Shown piece after piece: positions 1 to 10,731 of a stretch of DNA of 64,000 bases; within the stretch, counting starts at the first letter, position 1, and each line of letters starts with the position of its first letter. Source of the DNA: Alphaproteobacteria bacterium (GTDB lineage Bacteria > Pseudomonadota > Alphaproteobacteria > RF32 > CAG-239); NCBI GenBank assembly GCA_015062235.1, contig SUUZ01000001.1, positions 191,255-255,254 of the forward strand, in the 5' to 3' direction. A program made the position numbers and the translations under genes. The notes beneath the pieces were generated by a model. The model did not search any database. It was not told where the DNA came from and saw nothing but the letters and a program-made list of their open reading frames with translations.

Positions 1-1
1 C

Positions 2-121
2 TGGGGAGAAGTAACTTCTGGTATGGAATATGTTGATATGATAAAAAAAGGAACAGGTGCTAATGGTGAAGTAAATACCCCCGATGAAATAATATCAATG
101 AGTGTTATTGCTGATATATAA
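2..121 (+). CDS. 3' end of a cyclophilin-type peptidyl-prolyl isomerase (truncated by window edge)
   Basis: Frame 2 reads WGEVTSGMEYVDMIKKGTGANGEVNTPDEIISMSVIADI*, matching the cyclophilin C-terminal motif (F/W)GxVxxGMxxVDxI. Confidence 0.8.
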   Translation, partial: WGEVTSGMEYVDMIKKGTGANGEVNTPDEIISMSVIADI

Positions 122-134
122 AATACTACAAACT

Positions 135-176
135 AAAAAATAAAGACGATGTTTTAAACACCGTCTTTATTTTTTT
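135..176. terminator. Bidirectional intrinsic terminator
   Basis: AAAAAATAAAGACG...CGTCTTTATTTTTT hairpin between convergent genes. Confidence 0.75.
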
Positions 177-471
177 ATTCATCTTTATTAAAAATCGTAC
201 TCCAAACAGCCTTTCGATAAATCCAAAGATTAAACAAACCTAAAACGACCGAAATAATCCCAAAAAGATACAAAAAGTAATACCAATTCAATTGTTCCGC
301 ATTCATCATCACATCTTGTCGTCCCATTTTAATAAACGCTATTGCCATAGACGTAGCTAAAAATGAAACAATAAAAGCAATCAACCAAATTTTCTCTTTA
401 GTTTTTTCATCAAGTAAAAAAGCTGTAATCATATAAAACAATAAAAAGGCAAAAAATAAATATAATTCCAT
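175..471 (-). CDS. Small integral membrane protein, about 3 TM, unknown function
   Basis: Three hydrophobic segments; AGGAG SD upstream. Confidence 0.7.
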   Translation of the reverse strand: MELYLFFAFLLFYMITAFLLDEKTKEKIWLIAFIVSFLATSMAIAFIKMGRQDVMMNAEQLNWYYFLYLFGIISVVLGLFNLWIYRKAVWSTIFNKDE

Positions 472-582
472 TATTATATCTCCTAATCGATTATTCTAAG
501 CAAAAATATAATAACAAATCTATTAAAAACAAGAATACTGGTTTATCAAAACATTAAAGTTCCAATAAAACCAGTATTCTTA

Positions 583-954
583 TTAGTCTACCACTTCGCG
601 ATTAGCTAGTATCACAATTGCACCAACAATGGCAATTATCACTCCTGATACTTCAGGATAACCACAACCCCACCAGTAGTTCATAATAAGATTAGCAACA
701 GTAAGCGAAAACATTACTACTGCCACAATATTATCAACTGAAGCTCCCTCTTTTTTATGCTGAGCTCTTTCATAACTACTAGCATAAATCAAGCAAACAG
801 CAGCAAAGATAAGGTTTGCGGTCAAACTACCATTGATACAAAACGCACCAATTATAGCAAACACCAAAGCAATAACTAATGCACCTATATTACTTTTTTT
901 CATAAAAAAAGTAACGATTATGGTGCTCACCAAAATCAAAAAAGGCCAAATCAT
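583..954 (-). CDS. Hypothetical multi-TM membrane protein (probable start MIWPFL at 954)
   Basis: Hydrophobic ORF; ATG at 954 preceded by an A-rich, SD-less leader. Confidence 0.6.
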   Translation of the reverse strand: MIWPFLILVSTIIVTFFMKKSNIGALVIALVFAIIGAFCINGSLTANLIFAAVCLIYASSYERAQHKKEGASVDNIVAVVMFSLTVANLIMNYWWGCGYPEVSGVIIAIVGAIVILANREVVD

Positions 955-983
955 AATTCTATTTATTTTTTTTTTAATACTCA

Positions 984-1088
984 AATAAAAAAGAGTTACT
1001 TGCCCTTTCTGACATGAATTTTCGGTAATTGCTAAAAGCAAAAACGAAAACTGCAAACATCATAATAGAACAAAATAACTCTTTAACT
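984..1088 (-). ncRNA. Putative structured leader or small RNA (long imperfect hairpin ending in a U-tract)
   Basis: Arms 1068-1084 and 990-1005 pair (AAAGAGTTA/TAACTCTTT); inner stems TTTTCG/CGAAAA and TTGCT/AGCAA; begins just after the promoter. Confidence 0.4.
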
Positions 1089-1094
1089 TGTTCC

Positions 1095-1123
1095 ATTATA
1101 TCATATTTTTTCACTCTTTGCAA
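1095..1123 (-). promoter_or_regulatory. Sigma70-type promoter
   Basis: TTGCAA-17 nt-TATAAT with extended -10 TG. Confidence 0.65.
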
Positions 1124-1139
1124 ATTTTAATATAATCTT

Positions 1140-2897
1140 TCATCTAAACGAAAAATCATATTCACCAATAGTTGGCCAATATCCCGCTGACAATTGCTCC
1201 AAGGTCTCATTAGCTTTATCAAATCTTATATTATATATCCAAAAGTTAGCCATTACTCTTTCAATATAAATTCTCGTCTCAGCCGAAGGTAAAACCTCAA
1301 TAAACAATAATGGATCTTTACCATAACGTGCTTTTTTCTGCCATTTTACCAAATTTCCAGGCCCTCCATTATATGCTGTTAACATATAAAATAAATTGCC
1401 CTCAATAAATGGTTTATCTAACAAATAACCAACATATTTTTGCCCTAACTCTAAATTATAATCCATATTAAGTAATTTATTTTTTTGTTTTTTTATACTT
1501 TTATCACCACTAATATGATAAGCTGTATTAGGCATCAACTGCATTAAACCTCGTGCACCAGCTTTACTAGTAGCATTATCCCTAAAAGCCGATTCTTGAC
1601 GTATTAAAGCTAAAACTAATGCTTTATCAACCAACCAATCCTTATTTTCTGTCCACTCAGGCAATGGGTACAACTCTTTTTCATAATTACCTGTTAAAGC
1701 TTCAATATTTTTCTGTTTTGCTATATTTATTACCAAAGAATGCAAACCATACTGATTAGCAAGCAAAATAACAGCTTCTTTTTGATTATCACTAAGCCCG
1801 TCATATGCAGCAAATAACTCTTTTTCTGCCCACTCATTCTCTTTAATAGCTAACAAAACCAAAGCTCGCATAATCGCTGGCGAAGCTAACATTTCATTAA
1901 TATAATCTTCTCTCTCAAAATCATTAATATAGTTATCTTTATTAAACGCAAAATCAAATTTATCACCTAGTTGATATGCTGCTAAAATTCCATAAAAAGT
2001 ATACTTATGACTAGATGCTAATTTTAACATTTCTTTTGCTTTAAGGTGATTACCTAATTTTTCATAAGCTCGTGCAGACCAGTACCCTGCTGCAGATTTC
2101 AACCATTCATCAGAATTTTTTGAACTGGCCAACCTTGCAAAATAGCTTGCTGCTAATTTATAATTCTTCTTACGCCAAGAAGCTAATCCAGCAACCCATG
2201 TTGCCGTACCAGAATTATGTCTTTTAGAGGCAATTTTTCCCCATTCTAAAGCTTTTGTATCATAATTATCAACCAAATACTTTAACGCTAAATTTGCGGC
2301 CAAATTATCCCAATAAACTTTTGGAGCCAATTTCTGAAAACGTTTGTTTTCCAAAACTCGACGAGCTGATAATGTTTTTCCCTTTCTAATGTAAGTCCTA
2401 AAATTTTTAGCTTGTCTAACTAAAAAATTACGATCACTATTAGATAATCGTCTTAAATACTTCAACGAAAGTCTCTGAACATCAATATCCTCACCCGAAC
2501 TAGCAAAAACAGGTTCTTTTGCTACTTCACTTCCTTTTCTCTGAGCCAATTTATAAATTCTTGATGCTTGCGGATGATCTCTATATAACTCCAACCACTC
2601 CTCAAGCTCTTCTTTTGTCGAATTATAACTATTATGCAAATATTTTTCAGCTAAAACATAGCCCAACAACAATTGATTATCTAGTTTATTTATTGTCTTA
2701 TCTACTGTAACAAAATCAGCTTTATCTACCGCCTTAAAAATATTACGATACTTTCTTATATCACCAGAACTAACTTGTAACCTATCCATAATCTGATCAT
2801 ACACTTCTGGAGTAACTATATTAATCTCTGCTTTAACATCAGAAATTAAAATCAAAAAAATTATAAACGCTAGATTTATTATTTGATAAAATCGCAT
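1140..2897 (-). CDS. Soluble lytic murein transglycosylase (Slt-like)
   Basis: IRQESAF, ARGLMQLMP and AYNGGPGN SLT motifs; signal peptide from MRFYQ. Confidence 0.92.
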   Translation of the reverse strand: MRFYQIINLAFIIFLILISDVKAEINIVTPEVYDQIMDRLQVSSGDIRKYRNIFKAVDKADFVTVDKTINKLDNQLLLGYVLAEKYLHNSYNSTKEELEEWLELYRDHPQASRIYKLAQRKGSEVAKEPVFASSGEDIDVQRLSLKYLRRLSNSDRNFLVRQAKNFRTYIRKGKTLSARRVLENKRFQKLAPKVYWDNLAANLALKYLVDNYDTKALEWGKIASKRHNSGTATWVAGLASWRKKNYKLAASYFARLASSKNSDEWLKSAAGYWSARAYEKLGNHLKAKEMLKLASSHKYTFYGILAAYQLGDKFDFAFNKDNYINDFEREDYINEMLASPAIMRALVLLAIKENEWAEKELFAAYDGLSDNQKEAVILLANQYGLHSLVINIAKQKNIEALTGNYEKELYPLPEWTENKDWLVDKALVLALIRQESAFRDNATSKAGARGLMQLMPNTAYHISGDKSIKKQKNKLLNMDYNLELGQKYVGYLLDKPFIEGNLFYMLTAYNGGPGNLVKWQKKARYGKDPLLFIEVLPSAETRIYIERVMANFWIYNIRFDKANETLEQLSAGYWPTIGEYDFSFR

Positions 2898-2902
2898 ATC
2901 AA

Positions 2903-3679
2903 TTATTTCGACAACCAAATAAGCTTGTCAGCACACTGACGCGATGTCATACCTCTAACCCTACAACGATTAACAACAATATTTGGAGCCTTATCCATAT
3001 TATAACATCCCTTACCCAACAAAGAATAATTATAATACGTCTGAGTATTAGGCATAACATCTTTAAAAGAAAGAGTTGTAGTCAAATCTGGCCATACCAA
3101 CTTAACATCAAGCTGGTTAATCTTTCTATCAAGATTTGACAACACATTAAAGCGAACATCACACATAGCACTGTTTGAGAGATAATTTGAAACTTTAAAT
3201 TTATCAAAAAATAGAAAAATATTCGAAACCTTTTTCATACGACCTTTCTCATCAACCTCAACAAAAGCTTGCCCACCACGAACAGAGCCATCAAAAGTGG
3301 GCTCTTCATTAAGTTTATAAAGCTCGCCCTCTGGAATAAAAATTTCTTCCTCTTTTGTTGTCTCCTCCACAGCCTTAGCTGCCGCAGCTCCATCAACATT
3401 TCCGCCTTTTTCATTCAAAGCATTAGAAATTTGACTTAACGGATCTGTTGACATATCATCGCTACTTTTTGCGGAAACAAAGGAATTACTAATATTTTCC
3501 ACTTCCGAATTTACATCCGTATTTTTGTCTTTATCACCTTGCTGAATAGTATTTCCACCAGCTGGTACTACCATTTTATCAGCAACAGGGGCCGCTGTAT
3601 CTACCGAAAAAACCTGAGCTGCAACATCAGAAACAGACAATGCAAACACCACTCCCCAGATAATTCCAGCAAATAACAT
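2903..3679 (-). CDS. Exported hypothetical protein with a 4-Cys C-terminal beta domain
   Basis: Signal peptide; low-complexity linker; C..C..C..C domain. Confidence 0.7.
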   Translation of the reverse strand: MLFAGIIWGVVFALSVSDVAAQVFSVDTAAPVADKMVVPAGGNTIQQGDKDKNTDVNSEVENISNSFVSAKSSDDMSTDPLSQISNALNEKGGNVDGAAAAKAVEETTKEEEIFIPEGELYKLNEEPTFDGSVRGGQAFVEVDEKGRMKKVSNIFLFFDKFKVSNYLSNSAMCDVRFNVLSNLDRKINQLDVKLVWPDLTTTLSFKDVMPNTQTYYNYSLLGKGCYNMDKAPNIVVNRCRVRGMTSRQCADKLIWLSK

Positions 3680-3715
3680 TTTTTACCCCCTCGTAAGATA
3701 TTAAAAATAAAAACC

Positions 3716-4447
3716 TTAATTACTACTATTTTCTACAACAATATCGTTGGTAATATCCCTAATAATAGCTACCGTATCATCAAAAATATTTCTCAATTCA
3801 CTTTCAACATCTGCTACTTCTGCATTTTCAATAGCTAACTGCTCTTCTGGAGAAATTTCCTTAAATTCCATATAATACTCTGCATTCTTGGGCGAAACAT
3901 AACGAAACATATTACTACATCCCTGGCGTGAAACCTTATCAGTCATACCAGCAGTTCCACAATTATTAACTGTAACCTCCATATCATTCAACAACAAGAA
4001 ACAACGATCTGTATCAACTTTTGTTTTCAAAGTAACTTGCTGATTAACTTTAAGTTGAGGAAGTTTCAATGAAGTACTAATAGTCCTACCCGTAAAACTA
4101 GAAGTCGAATAACGAGATCTTGGCGCTCTAGAATTAATACGTTTCTGCTCTTTCTCAGCTCGCTCTTCCTGATCAATAGCCTCACCAATAACTTCATCGT
4201 CCCACTTCAATGCAATTGCAGCATTTGCTATATCAATTTTTGTACGATTAAAAAATGTTGCCCCAACATTACAATATAAAACTTTACCATTTGCATCTTT
4301 TTCTGGAACGATATCATGTATTTTGAATAACACTACTCCCGCAGATTCACCATCTTTATTAGGCTCAGCATTAACATCTGTTGCCACCAAGATCATCCCT
4401 AATCCCAAAATTTGCATTAAAATATTCATACTCTTTTTCATTTTCAC
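3716..4447 (-). CDS. Exported hypothetical protein with a 4-Cys beta domain, probable distant paralog of 2903..3679
   Basis: Signal peptide; shared CxV...N...I...LxW...C...VNxC...C pattern. Confidence 0.7.
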   Translation of the reverse strand: MKMKKSMNILMQILGLGMILVATDVNAEPNKDGESAGVVLFKIHDIVPEKDANGKVLYCNVGATFFNRTKIDIANAAIALKWDDEVIGEAIDQEERAEKEQKRINSRAPRSRYSTSSFTGRTISTSLKLPQLKVNQQVTLKTKVDTDRCFLLLNDMEVTVNNCGTAGMTDKVSRQGCSNMFRYVSPKNAEYYMEFKEISPEEQLAIENAEVADVESELRNIFDDTVAIIRDITNDIVVENSSN

Positions 4448-4537
4448 TTCCTCTGCTCAAATGACAATTCCACTCTCAGTCATCATATAATATATTTCAT
4501 AAAATACCATTAAATATTAAAATAATTACTAATTTTG

Positions 4538-5317
4538 TTAATTGTTTTTATTCATTTCTTTTTTTAAACGCAAAAAATCAGCCCAAGCTTTAGATTTTTG
4601 GGCAGGAGTGCGCAACAAATATGCTGGATGATAGCCTGCTAACACCTTTATTTTCTTTCCTTTTTCAGTTTCATATTCCATCCATTTACCACGCAATCTT
4701 GAAATACTTTCTCCTCCACCAATCAAAGAATTAACAGCTACAGCTCCCAACATAAAAATAAAATCAGGATTAACTATTTCTATTTGTTTTTTCAAAAAAG
4801 GCAAACAAACAGCTATCTCGGCATCTGCAGGCGCCCTATTTCCAGGAGGTCTCCACGGTAAAATATTGCAAATATAACATTTATCACGATTAATACCTAT
4901 TGAAGCCAACATCCTATCTAAAAGCTGGCCACTACGTCCAACAAAAGCTCTTCCTATTCTATCCTCATCAGCTCCAGGTGCTTCACCTATAAACATTAAT
5001 TTAGCTTGAGGATTTCCATCTCCTATAACCGTATGAGTTGCTGTATTTTTCAATGTACATCCATCAAAATCTTCAACAATCTTCTTTAACTCATCAATCG
5101 TTGTAACATTTTCACATAAATCCCAAGCGCTTTTAACCGCTTCTGTTGCCGCAACTGCCAAATGGGACATCACTGGGCGCAAAGCCTTAGAAAACTCTTC
5201 TTTTTTTGTAGAATTTACATTCAAAGCCAAACAAACACCATCGCCACAAGTCTCATCAACTCCCGACAACGTATAAAATTCCAATACAGCCCTAATATCC
5301 AAACTATTATCAATCAT
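4538..5317 (-). CDS. Family 4 uracil-DNA glycosylase
   Basis: GEAPGADED, FVGRSG, RPPGNR and HPAYLLR motifs. Confidence 0.93.
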   Translation of the reverse strand: MIDNSLDIRAVLEFYTLSGVDETCGDGVCLALNVNSTKKEEFSKALRPVMSHLAVAATEAVKSAWDLCENVTTIDELKKIVEDFDGCTLKNTATHTVIGDGNPQAKLMFIGEAPGADEDRIGRAFVGRSGQLLDRMLASIGINRDKCYICNILPWRPPGNRAPADAEIAVCLPFLKKQIEIVNPDFIFMLGAVAVNSLIGGGESISRLRGKWMEYETEKGKKIKVLAGYHPAYLLRTPAQKSKAWADFLRLKKEMNKNN

Positions 5318-5455
5318 GTCTTAAGCTTAAATTAAATATCAAATTTAAGCAAGACCAAACATTTATTTGCACAAATTTAATCATATATTTATAAAGCTAT
5401 TGTATCATACCGAAAATTATGTAAGTATAGAGTAGATAGTTTTTTAGGAAAATAA

Positions 5456-7255
5456 ATGATCAAAATATCTTTTATATCTGTTTTATTAGTTTCCACGGCG
5501 CTTTTTGTGTCTTGCTCACCTATGATAAAACAACATCCGACTTTTAATACTACTGATAAAAAACAGCTAGAAAAACCAATTCCTACCAATCTTTATGGAG
5601 CCTATCTTGCTGGACGTGTTGCCCATATTCGCAAAGATTTTAACAATGCTGCGGATTACTATAAGATTGTCTATAAACAAAATAATGAACGTTATGAATT
5701 AATAGATCGCATTTATCTTATTCTTACATCAAAAGGACGCATCACTGAAGCAGCTGAATATGCTAAACTAGCAATTAAGAACAAAACTACTAACAATTTT
5801 GCTAAACTACTTGTTGCGGTTTCTCAAATGCATGATGGTAATTATCAATCATCAATAAAAAAACTAAACAAAATAAGTGAGCCTATATATCGTTCCTTAA
5901 TATCGCCTTTACTTAACACATGGAACTATGCTGGACTTAACGATAAGCTTAAGGCCTTTGCGGAGCTTGACAAATTGAATAAAGAAAAAGGTCTTGCTCC
6001 AATATACAATTTTCAAAAAGCAATCCTTTTAGATTACTTTGGGCAAAACCGTGAAGCAGATGAAATATACGAGCAAATATTAAGTAATAAAGATACTGAA
6101 TTATCTGTAAGAATGCTCGAAATAATTACTAACTTTTATATTAGAACAGGACAAAAAGAAAAAGCTGTTGCTTTAATGCATTCAACTATCAACAATCAAG
6201 CTCTTGATTCGATTCTTTCATCTCTACGTGATAAAACTATTTTTGCTAACCCTCAAAAAACACGCCCTATACTTTCTTCCGCATCCATCGGAGCTGCCGA
6301 AGCATTGTTTACTATTGCTTCAACATTCCGTTATGATGAAGCTATTGATATCGCCCATATGTATACAGCTTTAGCCATATACATGAATCCACAATATAGC
6401 ACAGCAAAAATTTTAATGGCAGATATATTTGAAGCTCGTGATATGATAGACGATGCCAACGAAATTTACGATAACATTAACTCTAATGATATCGCTTATT
6501 ATCCTGCTCAAATAAAAAAAGCTCGTAATTTAATAAAGCTTGAAGATTATAAAGGAGCAGAGGTTCTATTAAAAAATCTAAGCGAAGACTATGATGATAT
6601 TCAAATCTACATGGAATTAGGCGAAATTTTACGCCTAAATAATCGTTATATAGAAGCTATAAGATACTACGATAAAGCTATTAGCAAAACTAAAAACCCC
6701 GTAAATTTGTGGGTATTATATTATGCTAAGGGTGTTTGTCAGGAGCGTGTTGGACAATGGAAAAATGCCGAAAAGACATTAATGAAAGCCTATAAAATTA
6801 AGCGTCATTACTTAGTATTAAACCATCTTGGTTATACGTGGATAAGACAAAATCAAAATATCGACAGAGCATTTTCTATGATTGTTGATGCCTATAATCA
6901 AGCTCCTTTTGATCCTAGTATTAATGATAGTCTGGGTTTTGCTTTATATAACCTAGGTTATTATGGAATGTCTTTACCTTACCTTGAACGTGCTGCCGAA
7001 CTTTATCCATCATCAGCAATTATCAATTCCCATTTAGGTGATGCATATTGGTTTGCCCATCGAAAAAATGAAGCTAAATTTCAATGGCAACACGCTCTTA
7101 CTTTAAAAGATGATTCAGGAGAACTAGATATAAATGCCACCCAAAATAAAATAAAAAATGGTTTAATAACAAAACCTAGCCTAACCTATGATAAAGAAAA
7201 AATCGAAGAAACTATAAAAAGAATTAAAAAACAAAAACCATCTCGCAGACTATAA
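5456..7255 (+). CDS. TPR-repeat lipoprotein
   Basis: Lipobox FVSC; GAYLAGR and LNHLGY...DSLG TPR motifs of the alphaproteobacterial family. Confidence 0.85.
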   Translation: MIKISFISVLLVSTALFVSCSPMIKQHPTFNTTDKKQLEKPIPTNLYGAYLAGRVAHIRKDFNNAADYYKIVYKQNNERYELIDRIYLILTSKGRITEAAEYAKLAIKNKTTNNFAKLLVAVSQMHDGNYQSSIKKLNKISEPIYRSLISPLLNTWNYAGLNDKLKAFAELDKLNKEKGLAPIYNFQKAILLDYFGQNREADEIYEQILSNKDTELSVRMLEIITNFYIRTGQKEKAVALMHSTINNQALDSILSSLRDKTIFANPQKTRPILSSASIGAAEALFTIASTFRYDEAIDIAHMYTALAIYMNPQYSTAKILMADIFEARDMIDDANEIYDNINSNDIAYYPAQIKKARNLIKLEDYKGAEVLLKNLSEDYDDIQIYMELGEILRLNNRYIEAIRYYDKAISKTKNPVNLWVLYYAKGVCQERVGQWKNAEKTLMKAYKIKRHYLVLNHLGYTWIRQNQNIDRAFSMIVDAYNQAPFDPSINDSLGFALYNLGYYGMSLPYLERAAELYPSSAIINSHLGDAYWFAHRKNEAKFQWQHALTLKDDSGELDINATQNKIKNGLITKPSLTYDKEKIEETIKRIKKQKPSRRL

Positions 7256-7265
7256 TCCATAACTC

Positions 7266-7302
7266 AAAAAGGCTCTATCATTAACGATAGAGCCTTTTTT
7301 TT
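7266..7302. terminator. Bidirectional terminator
   Basis: AAAAAGGCTCTATC-loop-GATAGAGCCTTTTTT. Confidence 0.85.
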
Positions 7303-7310
7303 CAAACAAA

Positions 7311-8564
7311 CTAAACAGCTTTCTTACGTTCTCTTGTTTTTATAAATTTTGGTGCCTTACAATCATTAATGACTTTGTCATCAATAATAATTTCTGCAAC
7401 ATCATTCATATCAGGAATTTCATACATCAATTCAAGCAAAGCCTCTTCCATAATAGCTCGCAAACCACGAGCACCTGTTTTACGCTCAATAGCTTTCTTT
7501 GCCACTGCTTTCAAGGCTTCGTCTGTAAAGGTTAATTTAACATTTTCCATATCAAACATAGTTTTATATTGCTTTACAAGGGCATTTTTAGGTTCAGTTA
7601 AAACTTTAATCAAAGCCTCCTCATTTAAGTCTTCTAATGTAGTTATTATAGGCAAACGTCCAACAAACTCTGGAATCATACCATATTTGAGTAAATCTTC
7701 AGGTTGAACATCTTTAATAATATCGCCAATATTACGTTCTTCTTTTGTTGCAACTCTTGCTCCAAATCCAATTGAGGTTTCTTTACCTCTACGTCCAACA
7801 ATTTTTTCCAATCCAGCAAAAGCCCCTCCACAAATAAACAAAATATTTGTTGTATCAACATGCAAAAATTCTTGCTGTGGATGTTTGCGACCACCTTGAG
7901 GAGGAACATTTGCAACTGTACCCTCAATAATCTTAAGCAGAGCTTGTTGAACCCCCTCACCAGATACATCTCTAGTAATTGATGCACTATCAGATTTGCG
8001 AGTTATCTTATCTATTTCATCAATATAAACGATACCTCTTTGAGCTTTTTCAATATCATAATTAGCATTTTGAACTAATTTTAAGATAATATTTTCAACA
8101 TCTTCTCCTACATAACCAGCTTCTGTAAGAGTTGTTGCATCAGCAATTGCAAATGGAACATCCAAAATTTTTGCCAATGTTTGAGCCAACAATGTCTTTC
8201 CACAACCTGTAGAACCAATCAAAATCACATTTGACTTTGCAATATCTACATCATTATTTTTCTGTTTAGAATTAAGACGTTTATAATGATTATATACAGC
8301 AACAGCCAAAACTTTTTTTGCCTTATCTTGCCCAATAACATATTGATCTAAAAACTCTTTAATTTTTGAAGGAGATGGCAAGCTTTCAAAAGCTACTTTT
8401 CCTTCAGCTTTTTCCATTTCTTTAATTTCATCAGATACAATACTAATACAAACTTCTATACATTCGTCACAAATATAAACTCCTCTTCCTGCTACCAACT
8501 TTTTTACTTCATCTTGGCTTTTTCCGCAAAAAGAACAGTATAATTTCTCTTTATTTTCTGTCAT
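7311..8564 (-). CDS. clpX: ATP-dependent Clp protease ATP-binding subunit ClpX
   Basis: CSFCGK zinc finger, Walker [30 protein letters not shown] loop. Confidence 0.98.
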   Translation of the reverse strand: MTENKEKLYCSFCGKSQDEVKKLVAGRGVYICDECIEVCISIVSDEIKEMEKAEGKVAFESLPSPSKIKEFLDQYVIGQDKAKKVLAVAVYNHYKRLNSKQKNNDVDIAKSNVILIGSTGCGKTLLAQTLAKILDVPFAIADATTLTEAGYVGEDVENIILKLVQNANYDIEKAQRGIVYIDEIDKITRKSDSASITRDVSGEGVQQALLKIIEGTVANVPPQGGRKHPQQEFLHVDTTNILFICGGAFAGLEKIVGRRGKETSIGFGARVATKEERNIGDIIKDVQPEDLLKYGMIPEFVGRLPIITTLEDLNEEALIKVLTEPKNALVKQYKTMFDMENVKLTFTDEALKAVAKKAIERKTGARGLRAIMEEALLELMYEIPDMNDVAEIIIDDKVINDCKAPKFIKTRERKKAV

Positions 8565-8572
8565 TTTTCCTC

Positions 8573-9187
8573 CTATTTGCTCAATTCTTGCCTATTGGTA
8601 ACAATATGATCAATCAAACCAAATTTTTTAGCTTCTTGAGGCGTCATAAAATTATCACGCTCCATAGCCCTTTCAATTATATCTATCTTCTTACCTGTAT
8701 GATGAGCATAAATTTGATTCAAGCGCTTTTTCATGTCTAAAATTTCTTTAGCATGTATTTCAATATCTGTTGCTTGTCCTCTAAAACCACCAGAAGGTTG
8801 ATGTATCATAATGCGAGCGTTAGGTAATGCAAATCTTTTTCCTTTAGCTCCACCAGCTAACAATAATGACCCCATAGAACAAGCTTGTCCAATACACAAC
8901 GTATTAACATCACAAGAAATATATTGCATTGTGTCATACATTGCCATACCAGACGTTACAACTCCACCAGGAGAATTTATATAAAAGAAAATATCTTTTT
9001 TAGGATCTTCTGCCTCTAAAAATAAAAGTTGAGCACAAACCAAAGCCGAAACTTCATCATTAACTTCGCCTGTTAAAAAAATTATCCTTTCTTTTAACAA
9101 TCTTGAAAAGATGTCGTAAGAACGCTCTCCTCGTGACGTTTGTTCAACCACCATAGGTACTAGACTATCTTTGATTTCGCTCATCAT
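8573..9187 (-). CDS. clpP: Clp protease proteolytic subunit
   Basis: [29 protein letters not shown]; probable start MMSEIK. Confidence 0.98.
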   Translation of the reverse strand: MMSEIKDSLVPMVVEQTSRGERSYDIFSRLLKERIIFLTGEVNDEVSALVCAQLLFLEAEDPKKDIFFYINSPGGVVTSGMAMYDTMQYISCDVNTLCIGQACSMGSLLLAGGAKGKRFALPNARIMIHQPSGGFRGQATDIEIHAKEILDMKKRLNQIYAHHTGKKIDIIERAMERDNFMTPQEAKKFGLIDHIVTNRQELSK

Positions 9188-9333
9188 TATTTTTTCCTCT
9201 CCAATAAAAAAGACACTAATCTTATTTTCGCATATCATAATATAATCAACAAATTATTAAAAAAGTATCCTCTACATAAAAAAATTCCTCAAGAAGCAAT
9301 CTTAAGGAATTTTTATTTCAGACATTTTAAACC

Positions 9334-10686
9334 TTATTTCTTGCTAGAAGCCTTTTTTGCAGACTTTTTTTCATCATCAAACCTATATAATTCCTCAACA
9401 GAAACTTTCTTCTCATTTAGCTTAACTAATGTTAGAATGTGGTCGATAATTTTTTCTTCAAAAATTGGAGCTTTCAAAGCTTCAACAGCCTGTTTATTCT
9501 TCAAATAGTAATCCAAAACCATCTGTTCTTGACCTGGATATTTCTTAGCTTCATTCATAATTGCTGCATTAATATCTTCTGGTTTAATACTAATCTTAGC
9601 ATCTTGCCCAACCTCTGATAACAACAATCCAAGCTTAACTCTGCGAATAGCAATATCCTTATACTCTTTAAGCAAATCATCCTCTTTCTTGCTTTTTTCC
9701 TCTTCATCAAGCTGATTATATTTTTTAGCTTGTTCATATTGATCAACTATTGCTTTATATTCAGCATCAACCAAAGTTTCTGGAACATCAAATTTATATT
9801 CCTTGTCCAAAGCATCCAAAAGCTGACGCTTTAATTTCATACGAGCTGCATTATCATAGTCAGATTTAATCCTTGTGGTAAGATTCTCTTTTAACTTATC
9901 TAAACTTTCTGCTCCCAAAGATTTTGCCAATTCATCATTAATTTCAACAGCTTTAGGTTCGCGTACTTCTTTAATTGTAACCGCAAAAACAGAATCTTTA
10001 CCAGCCAAATCTTTTGCATGATAATTTTCAGGAAACTTAACTTTAACATCAACTTTATCACCAGCTTTTGCTCCAATCAATTGATCTTCAAAACCAGGTA
10101 TAAATGAACCAGAACCAAGCTCTAACGGATAATTATCACCTTTGCCACCATCAAATTCGACACCATCAACCGAACCGACGAAGTCAATCATGACTGTATC
10201 GCCCTTTTGAGCAGCTTTACCATCAACAACTGTTGTCTCTTTACGAGCATTAGCCAGATAAGAAACTGCTTTTTCAACTTCTTCAGCAGGAACATCTGCA
10301 ACCAATTTATCTAAACTTATTTTAGCAAAATCGCCCAATTTGATTTCTGGCAAAATTTCAACATCCATATCAAACTCAAGATCTTTACCTTCACCGAACG
10401 ATACAATTTTAATTGAAGGTTGAGTTGCTGGACGTAACTCTTTATCTTTTAATACCTTATTACTTCCATTACGAATAGCATCATCTAAAGCCTCGGCCAT
10501 AACCTCACTTTCGTATTTCTTCTTAATCATAGCCAAAGGAGCTTTTCCTGCTCTAAAACCCTGTATCTTAGCAGTTTTTGCAATTTTTACCAATTTAGCA
10601 TCAACTTCTTTAGCAAAATCGTTTTTTTCAACAATAACCTTAAAAGATTTTTTCAAACCTTCAGACTTTAATTCCGTAATATTCAT
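9334..10686 (-). CDS. tig: Trigger factor (true start MNITELK; ORF track extends into tRNA-Leu)
   Basis: GFRAGKAP ribosome-binding motif, FKBP domain FIPGFEDQL; upstream of clpPX. Confidence 0.97.
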   Translation of the reverse strand: MNITELKSEGLKKSFKVIVEKNDFAKEVDAKLVKIAKTAKIQGFRAGKAPLAMIKKKYESEVMAEALDDAIRNGSNKVLKDKELRPATQPSIKIVSFGEGKDLEFDMDVEILPEIKLGDFAKISLDKLVADVPAEEVEKAVSYLANARKETTVVDGKAAQKGDTVMIDFVGSVDGVEFDGGKGDNYPLELGSGSFIPGFEDQLIGAKAGDKVDVKVKFPENYHAKDLAGKDSVFAVTIKEVREPKAVEINDELAKSLGAESLDKLKENLTTRIKSDYDNAARMKLKRQLLDALDKEYKFDVPETLVDAEYKAIVDQYEQAKKYNQLDEEEKSKKEDDLLKEYKDIAIRRVKLGLLLSEVGQDAKISIKPEDINAAIMNEAKKYPGQEQMVLDYYLKNKQAVEALKAPIFEEKIIDHILTLVKLNEKKVSVEELYRFDDEKKSAKKASSKK

Positions 10687-10731
10687 AAATTTCTCTTTCT
10701 CAAAATATAAAAAAAACCATCTTAACCAAGA

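Noticed and set aside
966-975. Poly-T10 tract as a phase-variation switch
   Set aside because: Lies upstream of the probable start codon, and A/T runs are frequent throughout this window
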